The notes beneath the pieces are model-generated. The model was not told the origin of the DNA and ran no database searches. It worked only from the letters and a program-made list of their open reading frames with translations. The position numbers and the translations under genes were made by a program. A DNA stretch of 62,594 nt, the filler included, from Choristocarpus tenellus KU-1152 (taxonomy: Eukaryota; Protista; Phaeophyceae), in NCBI GenBank assembly GCA_964200185.2. It is 9 parts of 9 records of this genome, joined end to end, with 100 filler letters (N's around TTAATTAATTAA, not from the genome) between each part and the next. Parts side by side here need not be neighbours in the genome. Positions count along the whole stretch, not along the records: positions 20,890 to 29,686 come from CAXNAD020004323.1; positions 29,787 to 34,645 come from CAXNAD020012763.1; positions 34,746 to 37,828 come from CAXNAD020022438.1; positions 37,929 to 50,198 come from CAXNAD020001900.1; 5 more parts are not named here. The stretch is one strand, 5' to 3'. Of this stretch, positions 25,582-39,045 are shown piece after piece. Within the stretch, counting starts at the first letter, position 1. Every line of letters starts with the position of its first letter.

Positions 25582-28500
25582 TCCTCCCCTTGGTGAAAAC
25601 AAATATTAACTCTCAAACAATCACAAAAAAAAAGTAAATCACACATGTTGTCTAAAAACTCGAACTGGCAAATTCTTGGTCAATACATCTGCCCTCTGAT
25701 TTGCAGTACCAACAAAAACAACACGGATGTCTCGTTTTCTAGACAAATCCCTCAGAAAATGATGTCGGACATCAATGTGCTTTGTTCTAGTAGAGCTTGT
25801 GGCATTTCGTACTAGTTTGCATACACCATCGTTATCCTCAAACATGTCAATGCAACGCTTAGAAACTTGTGGCAGAATAAACTCAAAAAATGCTTCTCAA
25901 GAAAATTAATTCCTGTGCCACACTGCTAAGAGCTATGTATTCACTCTCCGCTGAAGACAGAGCTACAACTCTTTATACTTTTGACATCCAAGATATTGCT
26001 CCTCCTACAAACATTGTTGCTCCTCAAGTCACTGATCTCCAGCATAACTAGCATCAGCATATGCACTCAACTCACACTCTGTATTAAAGCCACCAAAGCT
26101 CCTTCCAACACTGGGACACGTATTCAAATATGATAAAATACATTTACTGCACGCCAATGTGTGACTTTGGGATTGCTACTGTACTTGGCAACTTCACGAA
26201 CTGCATTTGCAATGTCAAGCCTAGTCATAACAGATCCCACATCAAACTACCGCCTCTCTGTACGGTGTATTTTCATCAACACTTGGATGATTCTCACTCT
26301 TGTCTAGAATCCTTGAGAGACCATGGGGTACCGACCTCTTCTTTGCCCCATATGTGAAGATACTTTGGCTCCCATACCAAATCTTTGACATTCTTAATGT
26401 ACCTAGGCTGACTGATGGTGACAGTCTGTGCAGTTCTGTCACGTGAAATCTCACAACCCATATAATACTCAAGATCACCAAAATCTTCTATGGAAAACTG
26501 CCCCTTACTCCTAGAGCGAACCCAAATCAAAACATCTATTTTACCAGCTACCAAAAGATCGTCTACATGGGGGGCTATCACAGCACAAACAACATCTCTT
26601 ACTTAGCGTAATACACAGGGATCTGCTCTGCATTGCTCAAACCATACTGTTCCAAAACGTGCACCAACAGATTATTTTGAAACCCTGCTAGCCTGTTTGG
26701 TGTCATAAAGTGTCTTGACTAAACGCGCAATCTTTCCAGACCATATACCACATCCATCATAAAAACGAATAAAGATATCTTCACTAATATGTCTGCTTGT
26801 ATAAAAGCTTGTTTCACATCCCAATGCTTCAATTCCCGATCCTTGTCTCCCAATCCTTCAATTCCCAGTCTCTGTCTGCTGCTAATGCTAAAACTATTTT
26901 CAAAGACGCAGGGGACGGTGTTGGAGGTGCAAAGGATCTTGGTAATCTAAACCCTCAATCTGTCGAAAACCTTTTGCTACCAAGCGCGCCTTGTATCTAA
27001 CTACCTCACCACAAATTTGTTAGTCTTAAGATTGTGAATCCATTTAGTGTCTATTGCCCTGCGTCCAGGGGGTAATACGGCCTCCACCCAAACATTAATC
27101 AACAACAAGCCAGACATCTCTTCTGCTCCAGCTCGATCCCATAAATCGCATTCGGGAGAGCTACGTGCTGCTCTTACAGTCTTGGGTTCTGGAGGGAGCT
27201 CATCCGCTAACTCTCTAATAGAATCATCACTCGCACACATCACGAGGGTAGTCTCTACTTAAACAGACAAACAAGTCATAAAAAATTGGATGAACATGTT
27301 AAAAACAGCAGCTTTGGCGGAAGTAGGATGATTGCCTGATCTGGTGCGGTGGGGAAGGATGTTGTCGTCACCGTTTCCAATGCTGAGTCGCTGTAAGTCC
27401 TGTTCACATTGGCTGTCCTTAGCCTCGTCCATCCCATCATCGTTATTGTTTGTCTCATCTGTTGCATCACCATTATCACTTATCATCAGATGGTCATCAA
27501 GTTGGTCACTGTCAGTCCATGTAGCTTCAGATGCATCACCATCATCTAGTCCTACAATCCAGGAGATACATTCAGTTGCTTCGTCATCGGCACATTCACC
27601 CCCCATCTCTTGGATTTCAGTCCTTCTGCGTGATGAGGAGGGAGTATATATACCCTAGGGCGTCATCCAAGTCCTCATCATCCCGGTCAAAATCGGAAAT
27701 TAGGAATCGTACCCTGCCATCCTTGGTGGGGTGCCAATGGATGTTGGCTCGTTGAATGAAACCGTTAGAGCTGAGGTCGAGGATCCGAAAAGTGCCTCGA
27801 GGTTGGTTGTCTGATATCCCAAGCATGATGCACTGTTGTCCACAGCTCCCAAGTTTGTCCTGGGCTGGACTTGTAATATCCAGGAGTACCAAAAGGCGGG
27901 ATACTCATCAATGATCCAACTTCACAATAGAGTGCATAATAAGGTGAGATCCCCTTGTTGGCAACAGTTGAACTTCTGTTGAGGACGAATGCAGAGTGGT
28001 TATATGCCTCTCCCCACAACCACATTTTATCGTCCAACCATGCAGAATAAATGCTGGCTCGTCCCCCACCGTCAACCTGGGCGATGCGACGTTCAGCCAC
28101 GCCATTGTACTGTGGTTCTCCTGTTCTGGTCATTTCCTGCACTGCACCCATTTCAACTAATAAAGTCTGAAATTCTTCACTCTGCCACTCACCTCCAGGG
28201 CCATGTCGAATGTAACAAATGCGTCACCCACTGGGAATTACTTCGGTCTTGAACCGTCGTCAAAGGGCTTTGATTGCATTGTTTTTATTCTGGAGTAGGT
28301 AAATCCAAACAAAACGTGTCGCATCATCAACAATGACCAAGGCGTACTGGGCTCCACCGAGAGATCGAGCTTTCTTGGGTCCAGTAAGGTCGATGAAGAT
28401 TCGGGTGAAAGGTCCTTTAGCTCGTACACTGATAGGTTTTGGGATGGGTTCACTGATTCGAGTACTCTTAGCACACCCTACACATTTTGTTGATGCTAGG

Positions 28501-29640
28501 TTTCCGGACAGCTTGATTCCTTGTTCTTTGGCTGTGCGATGGAGGGTGTGCTGACTAGCTAGCATGGTTCAAAATCTGATGAAAAATGTTGATGTGCATG
28601 GGGGCAGACAAGACAGTTGCGTCAAAATGTGCATCTCCTGGGGGTGGTAACCTTTCAGCGTTTGCTGAATACATGGATCAATCCCACTTAAATATGAGTG
28701 GGAGACCTTCTCCATCAGATATGGAGTACTCCATACCAGTATCTTTGATTGTAACATCTTTTGCCATACCAGCCGAGTGTGAAGAGAGTAAATTGAACGC
28801 TACATCTGGGACTAATGCAACAGACCCCAAGGTAACATGCACCTACTCATCATGGCCTACATTGAAGTTTAAATCAAGTTTGCCATATCCCACAATGGGA
28901 ATAGATGTGCCATCAACCACAGTCATATTACGGCCTTATGGACATGGGGTGAAGTCATATAGATACGTTGGGTCTCTAGTCACACTGTTGGAAGCCCCAG
29001 AATCAAACACCACTTCTCTGAATTATATCGGCTCACCTTGCCACTGTCGGTTACAGCGGCTAACATGGTCTTAAACTCCCTTCCAGTCCTAGCCGGCTCC
29101 TCTGATCCAGCTAGTTCGTCCGCGGACTTTGGCGGAGTAGCCCTTTGGCGACTAAATCTTCCCACCATTCTTGGTGGTTCCGCCCTCCTCTGAGGGCAAA
29201 CAGCTTGCTGGTGGCCTCTGCTCCCGCAGCTGTAGCACATTCCTCTGAATGTGCAGTGACCTGCATGTCGGATCAATCTGCACTTGTTGCATTTATTAAG
29301 TGCCTTGGTCTGACCCCTGGCACGGGATCCTGTCGTTGACCATTCGTACTCAGGCTGCCTCTTCGGCTGGCCATCTGGAAGCTCCTCGTTAAGTTCGCGG
29401 TCCTTGCGGCCAGAGCGCTCCCAGGCTCTCCGCGATCTCATACCTCCCGCTGGGTGGAGAAGTAGCGCGATCGAGCAGCTTGTTGTATTTTTTACTCTTG
29501 TGATGACGTTGGAGATAATGTTTGGTAATTTATCATCCAAACAATCTAACATGGCGATTTCAAGCACCTGCTCAGACATCACATGACCCATGATCACCAT
29601 CTGGCCAACCCAGTCCAACATCTGTTCGTAGATAGTGCTG
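25316..29640 (-). mobile_element. Degenerate Ty1/copia LTR retrotransposon (gag-PR-IN-RT-RH with 3' LTR; 5' end lost at the contig end)
   Basis: Zinc knuckle CYSCGSRGHQQAVC, protease FDSGAS, integrase RIFIDLTGP and EPQYNGVAERR, RT EPKT and HVDDLL, RNase H FEDN...RTKHIDVRHHFLR in copia order; many stops and frameshifts. Confidence 0.95.
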
Positions 29641-30256
29641 CTGATACACTATAGACACCACTGGTGGATTATGTGATAGGGTAGAGNNNNNNNNNNNNNN
29701 NNNNNNNNNNNNNNNNNNNNNNNNNNNNNNTTAATTAATTAANNNNNNNNNNNNNNNNNNNNNNNNNNNNNNNNNNNNNNNNNNNNGGGGGGGGGGGGAT
29801 CTTGAAGCTGACTTTGGCTTTTACTTTAAGAATTATTCTATTGTAATGATAACGTTGTAACCTATAGTTATGAATGCTGGTGGGCATTGTTTAGAATATT
29901 TATACATATATATGTGTGTGTTATGTGTGTGTTTATTCAGGTGGTACGTGCTAATGTCTTTGTATCTGTCCGGGGCTGAAAGAAGGATAATAATTTTTTT
30001 TGAACAATATTTTTTTTAATAGTTCCACGATAGTTGTGGTATGATCTTCTCTCGCCGATTGGGTAATTAATGTCTTGCTTGTCTAGTTCTATGGTACCAT
30101 TAAGAGGAGTGTATGTATACAATTATAACTGAAAATGTAACGATAAATGTAACTGTAAATGTAACTGTAAATGTGGATGTAAATGCTATTGTAAAAGTAA
30201 AGTGTTGCATCACATGCATCACATTTAGTTACAGGAGCACCGAACATGTTTGGGTT

Positions 30257-30357
30257 TAAGTGTCAGTAAGTGTCAGTAAGTGTCAGTAAGTGTCAGTAAG
30301 TGTCAATAAATGTCAATAAATGTCAATAAATGTCAATAAATGTCAATAAATGTCAAT
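30257..30357. repeat. 10-bp tandem repeat (TAAGTGTCAG grading into TAAATGTCAA)
   Basis: About 10 units visible. Confidence 0.9.
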
Positions 30358-30464
30358 ACTGACTGGGTCATATTTGATCATGTTCCAGACCTACTACGAT
30401 AGCCTCTCATAACATTTATATATACATAGATATATGTATGGTATTGTTACTATACCTCTACAAG

Positions 30465-30558
30465 TAATAATTCCTAATAGAAAATGTTCTAGTTTTAATA
30501 ATTCCTAATAGAAAATGTTCTAGTTTTAATAATTCCTAATAGAAAATGTTCTAGTTTT
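30465..30558. repeat. 31-bp tandem repeat x3
   Basis: taataattcctaatagaaaatgttctagttt repeated three times. Confidence 0.9.
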
Positions 30559-31396
30559 AGCTATTTTTCAACACCAGAATTTTAAATGGGGCTTCTGTTT
30601 AGTTGATGGTTTGGTGTTTTAAATGGTGTGACTGTTACTAACCCTGACCTGTCCATGATGTATGTGGAATTGCTTGTACCATTGGAGGGTAAATTAATAG
30701 CATTATACTACAATGACCTCTGAGCATTGTACAGAATTTTTATTACACAATACGTGGGATCCAGATTTTTCCAGATATGTAAGTGTATACAATGCATACG
30801 ATATGTATATATAGTATGTATGTATATATGGATTAGTATGTAGTATATGGTTCAATTTGAAGAGATTGATCAAGTTTGTACTATGGTATTTAAACTTTAA
30901 AATTGATTATAAGAAGACAGGATGTCCTTGAATTGTGTTTTGTTCCTAGTGGTGTTCCCTGATAAGAACAAGAAATATTGTGACTGGTGTTTGTGTGCAT
31001 ATTTATGGTTAATGCTTGTCTATTAAGAGGAGATGTTTATGGTTAATACTTGCTGCTGTAGTATTATTTTTATTCTTGTAGTATGTCACACCCTATGCCT
31101 TGACATGAGTGGACTCTTACTGTTTATTTTTATCTTAGATATGTAGTTATTTATTATTATTTATTCTTTATTTTTTCCTTGAGGTTTTTCCTCTTTCAAT
31201 ATATTGTGTTGGTAATTTCCTTTTCTCTTTTTCTCATCTAAATATTTTTTACCAAATTAGATTGCATTGTTTTGTATTTTATTATATTTTATTATATTAT
31301 CTTGTGTTGTGGTATATTATATTGTATTATATTTTATTACATGATAAACACTTCTTTCTTGTTCTTTGTATTTTTTTCTTGCTGATGGTATTGTAT

Positions 31397-31583
31397 TTAC
31401 TACTTATTGTACTACTTATTTTACTACTTATTGTACTACTTATTGTACTACTTATTGTACTACTTATTTTACTACTTATTTTACTACTTATTGTACTACT
31501 TATTTTACTACTTATTTTACTACTTATTTTACAACCTATTTTACTACTTATTTTACTACTTATTGTACTCTACTTATTGTACT
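31397..31583. repeat. 12-bp tandem repeat TACTACTTATT(G/T)
   Basis: About 15 units; source of spurious Leu-rich and TTY ORFs. Confidence 0.9.
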
Positions 31584-31739
31584 TGATGGAAAAATTGTTC
31601 TGCTGTGTGTGTATCTTTCACATGATCTTAATAAATGAATAGCAATGAATAGTAATTTTTATTTTTTGATGTATTTTTAACATGCTCGTACGATAAATTC
31701 TTGTTTACTTTTTTCTGCGATACAAATAATAAAAAAAAG

Positions 31740-33364
31740 GTTGTGTTCCTCTTGGAGGATGTGGGTGTGGCCTCTGAAGACCTTCCAAGGGTGCTGCAGA
31801 CGTTTCCTTTACTGTTTGCAGTACCTGTGTCTCGTATGAGAGATGTTCTTGTCTTTATGACTGAGGAGTTGACAATTAATGGGAAGGATGTGGTCAAGAT
31901 CATCAGGTATGTGCTATGTGCTATGTGCTATGTGCTGTGGATCAAGGGGAAGGAGAGGGGTGGTGCAGGGGTGGTGCAGGGGTTATTGGATGAATTATGT
32001 GATTATTTGGACTTTGTCTTGTAGGTAATTTAGTAGTTAGGTTAGGAGTTTATTAGTTAAGTTTGTCAGTTAATTTGAATGAAACCAGAACTCTGAGATG
32101 TGAAGTGTGAGTATAGTTAGTTTTGAGTATATTTAGTTTGATTATAGTTTGTTTGAGTATAGTTAGTTTGTGTTTGATTGAGTACTGAGGAAAATTGGGT
32201 GATTCCTGGATGTGGCATGATGGGGATGGACCCCACTGGGGACGAGACGTTTGATTTGATTCACTTTGATAGGTGTCAGTTTGATTCAATTTGATACTTG
32301 CCACAAGAAGAGAATTTTCACAAGAAAATGTGACAAGAGGTGACGCAGTGGTGAGGTAAGGTTAAGGTTTGTTTTTGATTGTCAGGCACATATGTATGTA
32401 TGTATGTAGTACAATGTTATAGCATGGAAAGTGTAAAGGTACTTTGAACAGTATTGATATTTGGATCTTTGATTTGAATTTTCTGGTTGATTTTCATTCT
32501 ACTTCATCAGTCAATTTTGGATTTTGTTTAGTAATCAGTCAGGTATGATTATGATTATGATTATGATTATGATTGTGATTTTTCTACCAATTCGGAAGTT
32601 CGATTTTGTCAGTATGTTTTTATTTTTTTGCTGTTGTTTCTCAGGGTTAGGGTTAGGGTTAGGGTTTAAGAATATGTATTAAATACTATATAATATCAAT
32701 ACCATGTGTTAGTGTTAGGGTTTTATTATTTTAATTCTAAGCTTCTGTGTTAGGGTTAGGGTGGGATCTTGTTCCATGGGTATTGAGGTACCTGGCAATG
32801 GTACCTACATTGACCATTGACCTACCTTTATTTTTTTAATAATAATGATGACCTACCTTTCTAGGGTACGATTGTTTATATTGCACTGTTATGTATGTAT
32901 GTATGTATGTATGTATGTATGTATGTATGTATGTATGCATTTGGAATAACAGTAATAAATTAATAATGATAGTGACATACATGCATACATACATACATAA
33001 CACACACATGGACATATGTATGTATATGTTCTGTATGTACTACCCTCATTGTCCTATATCCCCCTCCCCCCCTTTCTAATTAGTTCCTCCCACTAGAAAT
33101 TCACACAAATCATTTCCACTTCATTCATTTATTAATTTGTACCTTATTCATTTATTAATTTGTACTTTATTCATTTTTTTTAAATTCTTTATTTTGTTTG
33201 CACACCAAAGGGCGTTCCCCTCGCTGCTGGGGTTGGAGGTAGAGCGACACATGTTGGGTGTGGTGGGCTACCTCAAGGGATTAGGAGTACAAAATGTGGG
33301 AAGGTTTGTCTCTCGACTCCCTCCTGTACTGGGATATGATGTCCACAACAGCCTGGAGCCAAAG
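31740..33364 (+). CDS. mTERF-family protein, two internal exons (31740-31906, 33211-33364)
   Basis: VVFLLEDVGVASEDLPRVLQTFPLLF...IIR-AFPSLLGLEVERHMLGVVGYLKGLGVQNVGRFVSRLPPVLGYDVHNSLEPK shows mTERF repeats; splice phases are compatible. Confidence 0.85.
32891..32937. repeat. (ATGT)n microsatellite
   Basis: About 12 perfect units inside the mTERF intron. Confidence 0.95.
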
Positions 33365-34745
33365 GTGTGTCTGTGTGTACTGTATATGCAGTGTTATGGT
33401 GGTGTTATGGTGGTGTTATAGCAGTATTATGGCAGTGTTATAGATTAGTTAAGGTGGGATTCAACTGAGGTTAGGGTTTGTGTTTTTGTCATGTCATTTT
33501 CTTGTGTTTTAAAAAAAATGAGTACTGTTTTGTGCACATATGTTACATATATATGTGTGTTTTACGTGTTTTGTGTCTTTTATGTCTTTTGTGTCATCAT
33601 TACACTTTGTTTGTTATTCTTTGTGTTTTGGGCTGGTGAATATTCTTTTATTTTGTTGTACCTTTATATGTAAATATTGAGTGCATTGATGGTGTGTCTG
33701 TGTGTTGTGAGTTTTGTACATGTGTGGCAAACACTGGCATGGTTAAGATGATGTCTTTGAAAGTATATCTTCTATCTATTAGGGTTAGGGATAGTGTTGT
33801 AAAGGGTTGAGGTACAGGAAGAAGCTATTACATTTCTCCGTTTTTTTTTTTAATCTTGTCTTTCATGTCCGATTCTTATTATTCTTATTATTCTTATTAT
33901 TCTTATTTAGCTCTCTCCTATTCCTACTATTTTTTATCGATGTGATGGTGATGGTGATGGTGATGGAAATATGATACATATTTTTTGAATACGTTTTTTT
34001 TTTCAGAACAGAATCATAAAAAAAAGAATGTGTATACAGTGAATGGTTACATGTAAGTATATATATTCATTTTAAAGTATTTACATGGGATTGGGTTTAC
34101 TGTTGGAAGTGAACATTGTAGCCCCATATCACTTTGCAAACTGTTTATTTGCTGGTTGACCAAAATTGGGAAAAATTCTGGATTGGTTTAGATTGGCTTA
34201 GATTGGTTTAGATTGGTTCTGAAGACTGAAAGGGTCCCATTTTATGAACACTAGTGTATATTTATTTATATTAATATTTTTATTTATAATTATATTTATA
34301 TTTGTATTTATAATTATATTTATATCTATATTTATATTTATATTTGTATTTATAATTATATCTATATCTATATTTATATTTATATTGGTATTTATAATTA
34401 TAGTTCTGAAGGAGTGGGCCGCCTGTAGTTGTGTCCTACAAATGAAGGCCTTTAACCTGATGGATGAATGAGGTACTGCTATGATAGTCAGTACCCTTTT
34501 TTGCTATCTTGTACGGTAAGAAGACTTTTGACAACAAGAGGTATGATGAGGAGGGGGGGGCGGGGGGGGGGAGGGGCTTCTTCTCAGCAGAGACGCATCT
34601 CTACCGCCTGTTTTTTTTTACTGACAATATAATGGTATACCTTTTNNNNNNNNNNNNNNNNNNNNNNNNNNNNNNNNNNNNNNNNNNNNTTAATTAATTA
34701 ANNNNNNNNNNNNNNNNNNNNNNNNNNNNNNNNNNNNNNNNNNNN

Positions 34746-36453
34746 CTTTCTTTCAATTGTAGTGAGGTGGTGAGTCTGGTAAGAAAGTTGCTGGAGCCCA
34801 TAATGGAAGCGCGGGCGAGTCTTGAGGGTGACACGCATGTAACGGTGACCCTGGTCATCCCCGTTGTCTATGGTGTACGAGTGGAGTTGGAGAAAGCAGT
34901 GCAAGCCTTCAGTGCCTTCAAAGCCACTACCCCCTGAACAGCTGGAAGCGAAAATACTGTACGCCAGTGTGCAGGAGTGGTGATGACTGGTTTGGTGAAC
35001 TGGTTTGGTGAACTGGTTCGGTAAAGAGTCAAAGTATCTTAGAGGGTAGAACCGTCCATTTTGGGGCCAAAGTCAAATGCTGCGATTTTGATATAATTTT
35101 TGCTATCGTACTTCTTAGGAAGTGTCAATATCCTTGTTCCCGGACGCACCTTTTCATAACCTATACATTTTACCTACTCCGAAACATTTCAGAGTAGGTG
35201 AAATGTCATTTTAAAAAATGTGGGAAGCCAAGCCTCAAACGGACAAACAGGGAGAAACTCATACCCTCTAAGGCACTTTCACTCAAATACAGGCAGGAAC
35301 ACTGCCCAGTACTCTGAGGACAGGAATAGGCAGCTGATAAAGACTGAAGCGGAAGCAGGTCCTGGCTACTCGTACAGACCCTAGAATCATCTATGGCATT
35401 AAAGAGGATGGGCATGAGACTATTTGGAGGCAGGTGGAGTTGGGAGTCTTAGGCGTTGCAGGGGAGGAGCACAGAGCGCAGGGGGCAGAGAATAGTCTTG
35501 TCATGGAACCAAGCCCATGTACACGTACCACCCATACTGAGCGGGGGCAGTCCTCCCAGAAAATACTCAAGGGTTTTATGAGAGCCTCCCTCGCAATGGG
35601 TGGGGAGTTCAGCTCGTCGTGGTGGGATCTTGAAGCACGCTGTGGGGGAGCACATGGAGGAAGCAGCACGTATAGAAGTTACTGTATTCAAAGTTGCAGG
35701 AGGGCTCCCCACAATTGATTTGGACAGTGAGTCAAAGTAAACGAGAGGTACCCTGGACTGGAGTTATAGGATGCTTAGAAATATGAGCACAGGATATTTT
35801 CTGAAATGTTTCGAAAAGTTTCAAACAATAGAGAAATCAACGCTCTCAAGTCAAGTCGAGGACTTCATCCATAGAAATATGGGTGAATTACGAAAAATGA
35901 AATAACCGGCTAAAACTGGAAAACAACGACCAAACCCTGGGCATCTCTGGTATACTCTGGCTCAGTGGAGCTTACAATGGCCAACTCAGGTGGTGACGGG
36001 AAAGGGACTCTAATTTTCCTCGCCTGGAAAAATATTCCCATCGGATTTGGGGCATTCCTGGTAAACCATCAGACTCGAAAAGCACACTCCGAACAGCTGT
36101 GAGTATTGCGACTTCCAAACTGAGAGGCTGGACCCCCAGAAGATGAGGAGCTTCTTGTGATCATTCACAATAACGCATGGATGCAGGTGGATGCAAGGGA
36201 GGCTGCGAAGAAAGGAAATAGAGGCAGTACCCCCTGAAGACTGTACCAGAAATGTATAGCCACAACATACACAACAAGTGAATAAAAAGATACATATCAT
36301 TCCTCATTCCATAGTGCTCCTCCTCACAGCTCTTCCGTATTCTTCCTGTAAATCATCTAAACAAACAAGAAAAAAGATTGTATCGGGTAGTACATCAAAG
36401 TGTACGTAGTGGGGACAGACCACGCAAATGAGGACTGCCTCGAAAAACTTCAT
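34746..36453 (-). CDS. Possible multi-exon unidentified gene (candidate exons near 36453-36406, 36160-35980, 35635-35525, 34934-34746)
   Basis: Coding-like segments such as EVAILTAVRSVLFESDGLPGMPQIRWEYFSRRGKLE and LHCFLQLHSYTIDNGDDQGHRYMRVTLK with plausible splice sites; structure not resolved. Confidence 0.35.
35026..35284 (+). mobile_element. MITE family A copy
   Basis: TIRs and full-length homology; flanks aaa/aaa. Confidence 0.88.
35729..35963 (+). mobile_element. MITE family C (GAGTCAAAGTAAAC termini)
   Basis: TIR gagtcaaagtaaacgagagg / tctctggtatactctggctc; flanks agt/agt; homologous to 55249-55500. Confidence 0.75.
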
Positions 36454-36661
36454 TTTTTTTCTTCTCTCGCTAGTATGAGGCCTGTTTGGCTCGAGGTGCT
36501 GCTGTCCTCGCCCCGTGCGCGTTCGATGATGATAATCGAATGCATCAAAAACCTCTGGAGTCGAATTAATATACACTACAAAACGATTTCGATTCAGAGA
36601 ACAAAAAATTGTCATTAGTCGAGACTGTCACTATCTCCTTCGTCCTCTTAAATACCGTTAG

Positions 36662-36735
36662 TATTCTAGCCGGGACTCGGACCCGGGACCTTGAGCGTGT
36701 GAGGCATCCGTTATAGCCAACTAAACCACCAGAGC
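36662..36735 (-). tRNA. tRNA-Val(CAC), probably degenerate or a pseudogene
   Basis: GCTCTGGTGGTTTAGTTGGCTATAACGGATGCCTCACACGCTCAAGGTCCCGGGTCCGAGTCCCGGCTAGAATA has an A-box, anticodon loop CTCACAC and T-stem, with mismatches in the anticodon and acceptor stems and T-loop TCC instead of TTC. Confidence 0.75.
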
Positions 36736-39045
36736 GCTTCTCATAACATTGAAACTCCCAGGACATAGAATCCATCACCTATCGGAGTCGCTCTTGACTT
36801 GGTTTCTTGTGTGATTAAAATAGACAATTAAACATTCGGAACATCTTTTACAGGCATACATATTCCATCGAGATTTCGTTACCCTTTCCTACCACCATGA
36901 CAAATACATCAAGGATTCGCGGTAGACTTATTTTGTTGATCGTGAGATATATCTCTTACCTGGATAACAGTCAACACTAATATATACTACGTAGAAGGTG
37001 ATATTTTTCACTGGGATTGGAATCCCCACCACCCTCACATCAGCGTTGTCACATGCTCTACTATAGGCACGATCAATTGTGTGCCATCGTGCTATGAAGT
37101 ATGCTGTTTCTTACGCGCAGGTAGGTATCACCCTCTCTCTAGATGCGAATGGAAGGTGTGATTTACTCACGAAATTAATCGTTCACCGAGGCTGTTTGGA
37201 TTTGAACCTGGGGCCAGCCAAACCACCAGAGTGCTTTCCAGTTCTCGCACTTTCATTGAGATTTCATCACCCATTGTCACCACCACCGTAACTACATCAA
37301 GGAGACACGGTTGACCTTTTCAATGTGACATGTGCAGTAGCAACCAAATCACCAGAACATTTGCTACTGCACACATATTTGAGCGAGGTGTTTCACGAAC
37401 CGTTGTCACCACCAGGACAACTCCATCAAGGACTCACGGCAGACATTTGTTCTTATTTGATTGATAGCAGGCAACTAAACTAAAGCTTCTCTTAAGATTT
37501 GATAGTTGAGAGAGCTCGGGGAAGCACCCCACCATGACACACTGGTGATTCTAAACATCCCCCACGACTGGTTGGACCCTGCCTAACACAAACCATCGAA
37601 TTAAACAATAACGGATTATTGATTTCATAAAAGAGTATCCAATGGAAATGATCGATTTATTCCAGCCAATCAAAAATGCTGCAATACCTACATTGTTCAA
37701 GGTGGAGACTTACATTGTTTTGGCTAGGTGGTAGAGACGCTTGTTTGCTAGCATGTCACACCCTTGTGTTAAAGTATCCCCAAAATCATCAAAGAACATA
37801 AAGGTGATAAACCTGACGAGATTGCTTGNNNNNNNNNNNNNNNNNNNNNNNNNNNNNNNNNNNNNNNNNNNNTTAATTAATTAANNNNNNNNNNNNNNNN
37901 NNNNNNNNNNNNNNNNNNNNNNNNNNNNAAATGCATTATCTCTGGTTTTGGCCCAAATGGACCCTCTGGGGTAGCCCCCCCCCCCCCCCCCCAGATACTT
38001 TGGGTCTCTTCTGTAGCAGGTAGGTCGGTCTTGTCTGTAGTGATAAGAGTCTTTGCAAAGCAACGTGTTAACATATTTTGGCTGCTTAAATCGGATCAAC
38101 TAACTTTGCCCCTGCATATTGGCATTGATACATATCCCAGAATAACCCATTTACAAATTATTTAGCGAATGCGATGCATTCACCTTGCTTGATGTCCCAT
38201 CTAATCAATATTGGCATTGTGTGGGTCATGAGTTGGATAGAAATGGAAAGGGGCATTGAATTTGTTGATGCGAGGATGGGGAAGGGGCTAGGAGATGCTA
38301 GGAAGTAGTAACCCCAAGTAGGGGATGGGAGGTGAGGGGTATTGATATCTGTGGTAGAGAAGAGGATGAAATGTGTTTATGGGTACGGTCAAAGGAGATA
38401 ATGAGGGAAGTGGATGAAAGCATGGGCAGCTAAGGAGCACAGAGGAGTTTGTTGGAGATGGGGTCCCTTGATGTCCATTTACATCCACAAGCTACATGTG
38501 CACGCACAGCTTAGTTCGCCCCTCTTTCCAGCCTTAGAGTTCTCCCTATGGCCCACTGATGTATTCACCTCTTGCAATGTACCAGTTTGTCTTTAGTAAC
38601 CTTTCTGTTCTCCGAACTTTATGCTACTGATTTCGATCAGAATTTCTTCAAATACTAACTTGTACGCCCAGAAACTGTTGAAGGAAATAATGAACATTTA
38701 AAGATTTTCTTAATAGTTTGCTGCGAATTGCCATTAATCGTTACATCTGCTTCTCAAGATAGTCATATTGTTTGAGGAGCAATATATTGGAATGGTTCAT
38801 TATCCTCTTTTTCGTGCATTGTGTTTCTTCTGTTAGTTTCCTGATATTTTGGGAAGATTATTGTTTTGGTCTGATTTGTATCCAATTAGGGATACGAATC
38901 ATGGTAACGAACAGGTAGACTGAGGTAGCATAGGCCAAGCAAGCTCATCTTGATTGTTGCATAGTTCCCTTCCCTACATTATTTTTTGCAATTGATGAGC
39001 TCCAGACGTTACGCTCATTCTCTCATTTGTTGTAAACTGTGGCAG

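Noticed and set aside
31262-31642. Leu-rich and TTY-repeat ORFs
   Set aside because: Translation artefacts of a 12-bp intronic tandem repeat
34244-34471. Ile/Phe-rich hydrophobic ORF
   Set aside because: AT-rich microsatellite translation
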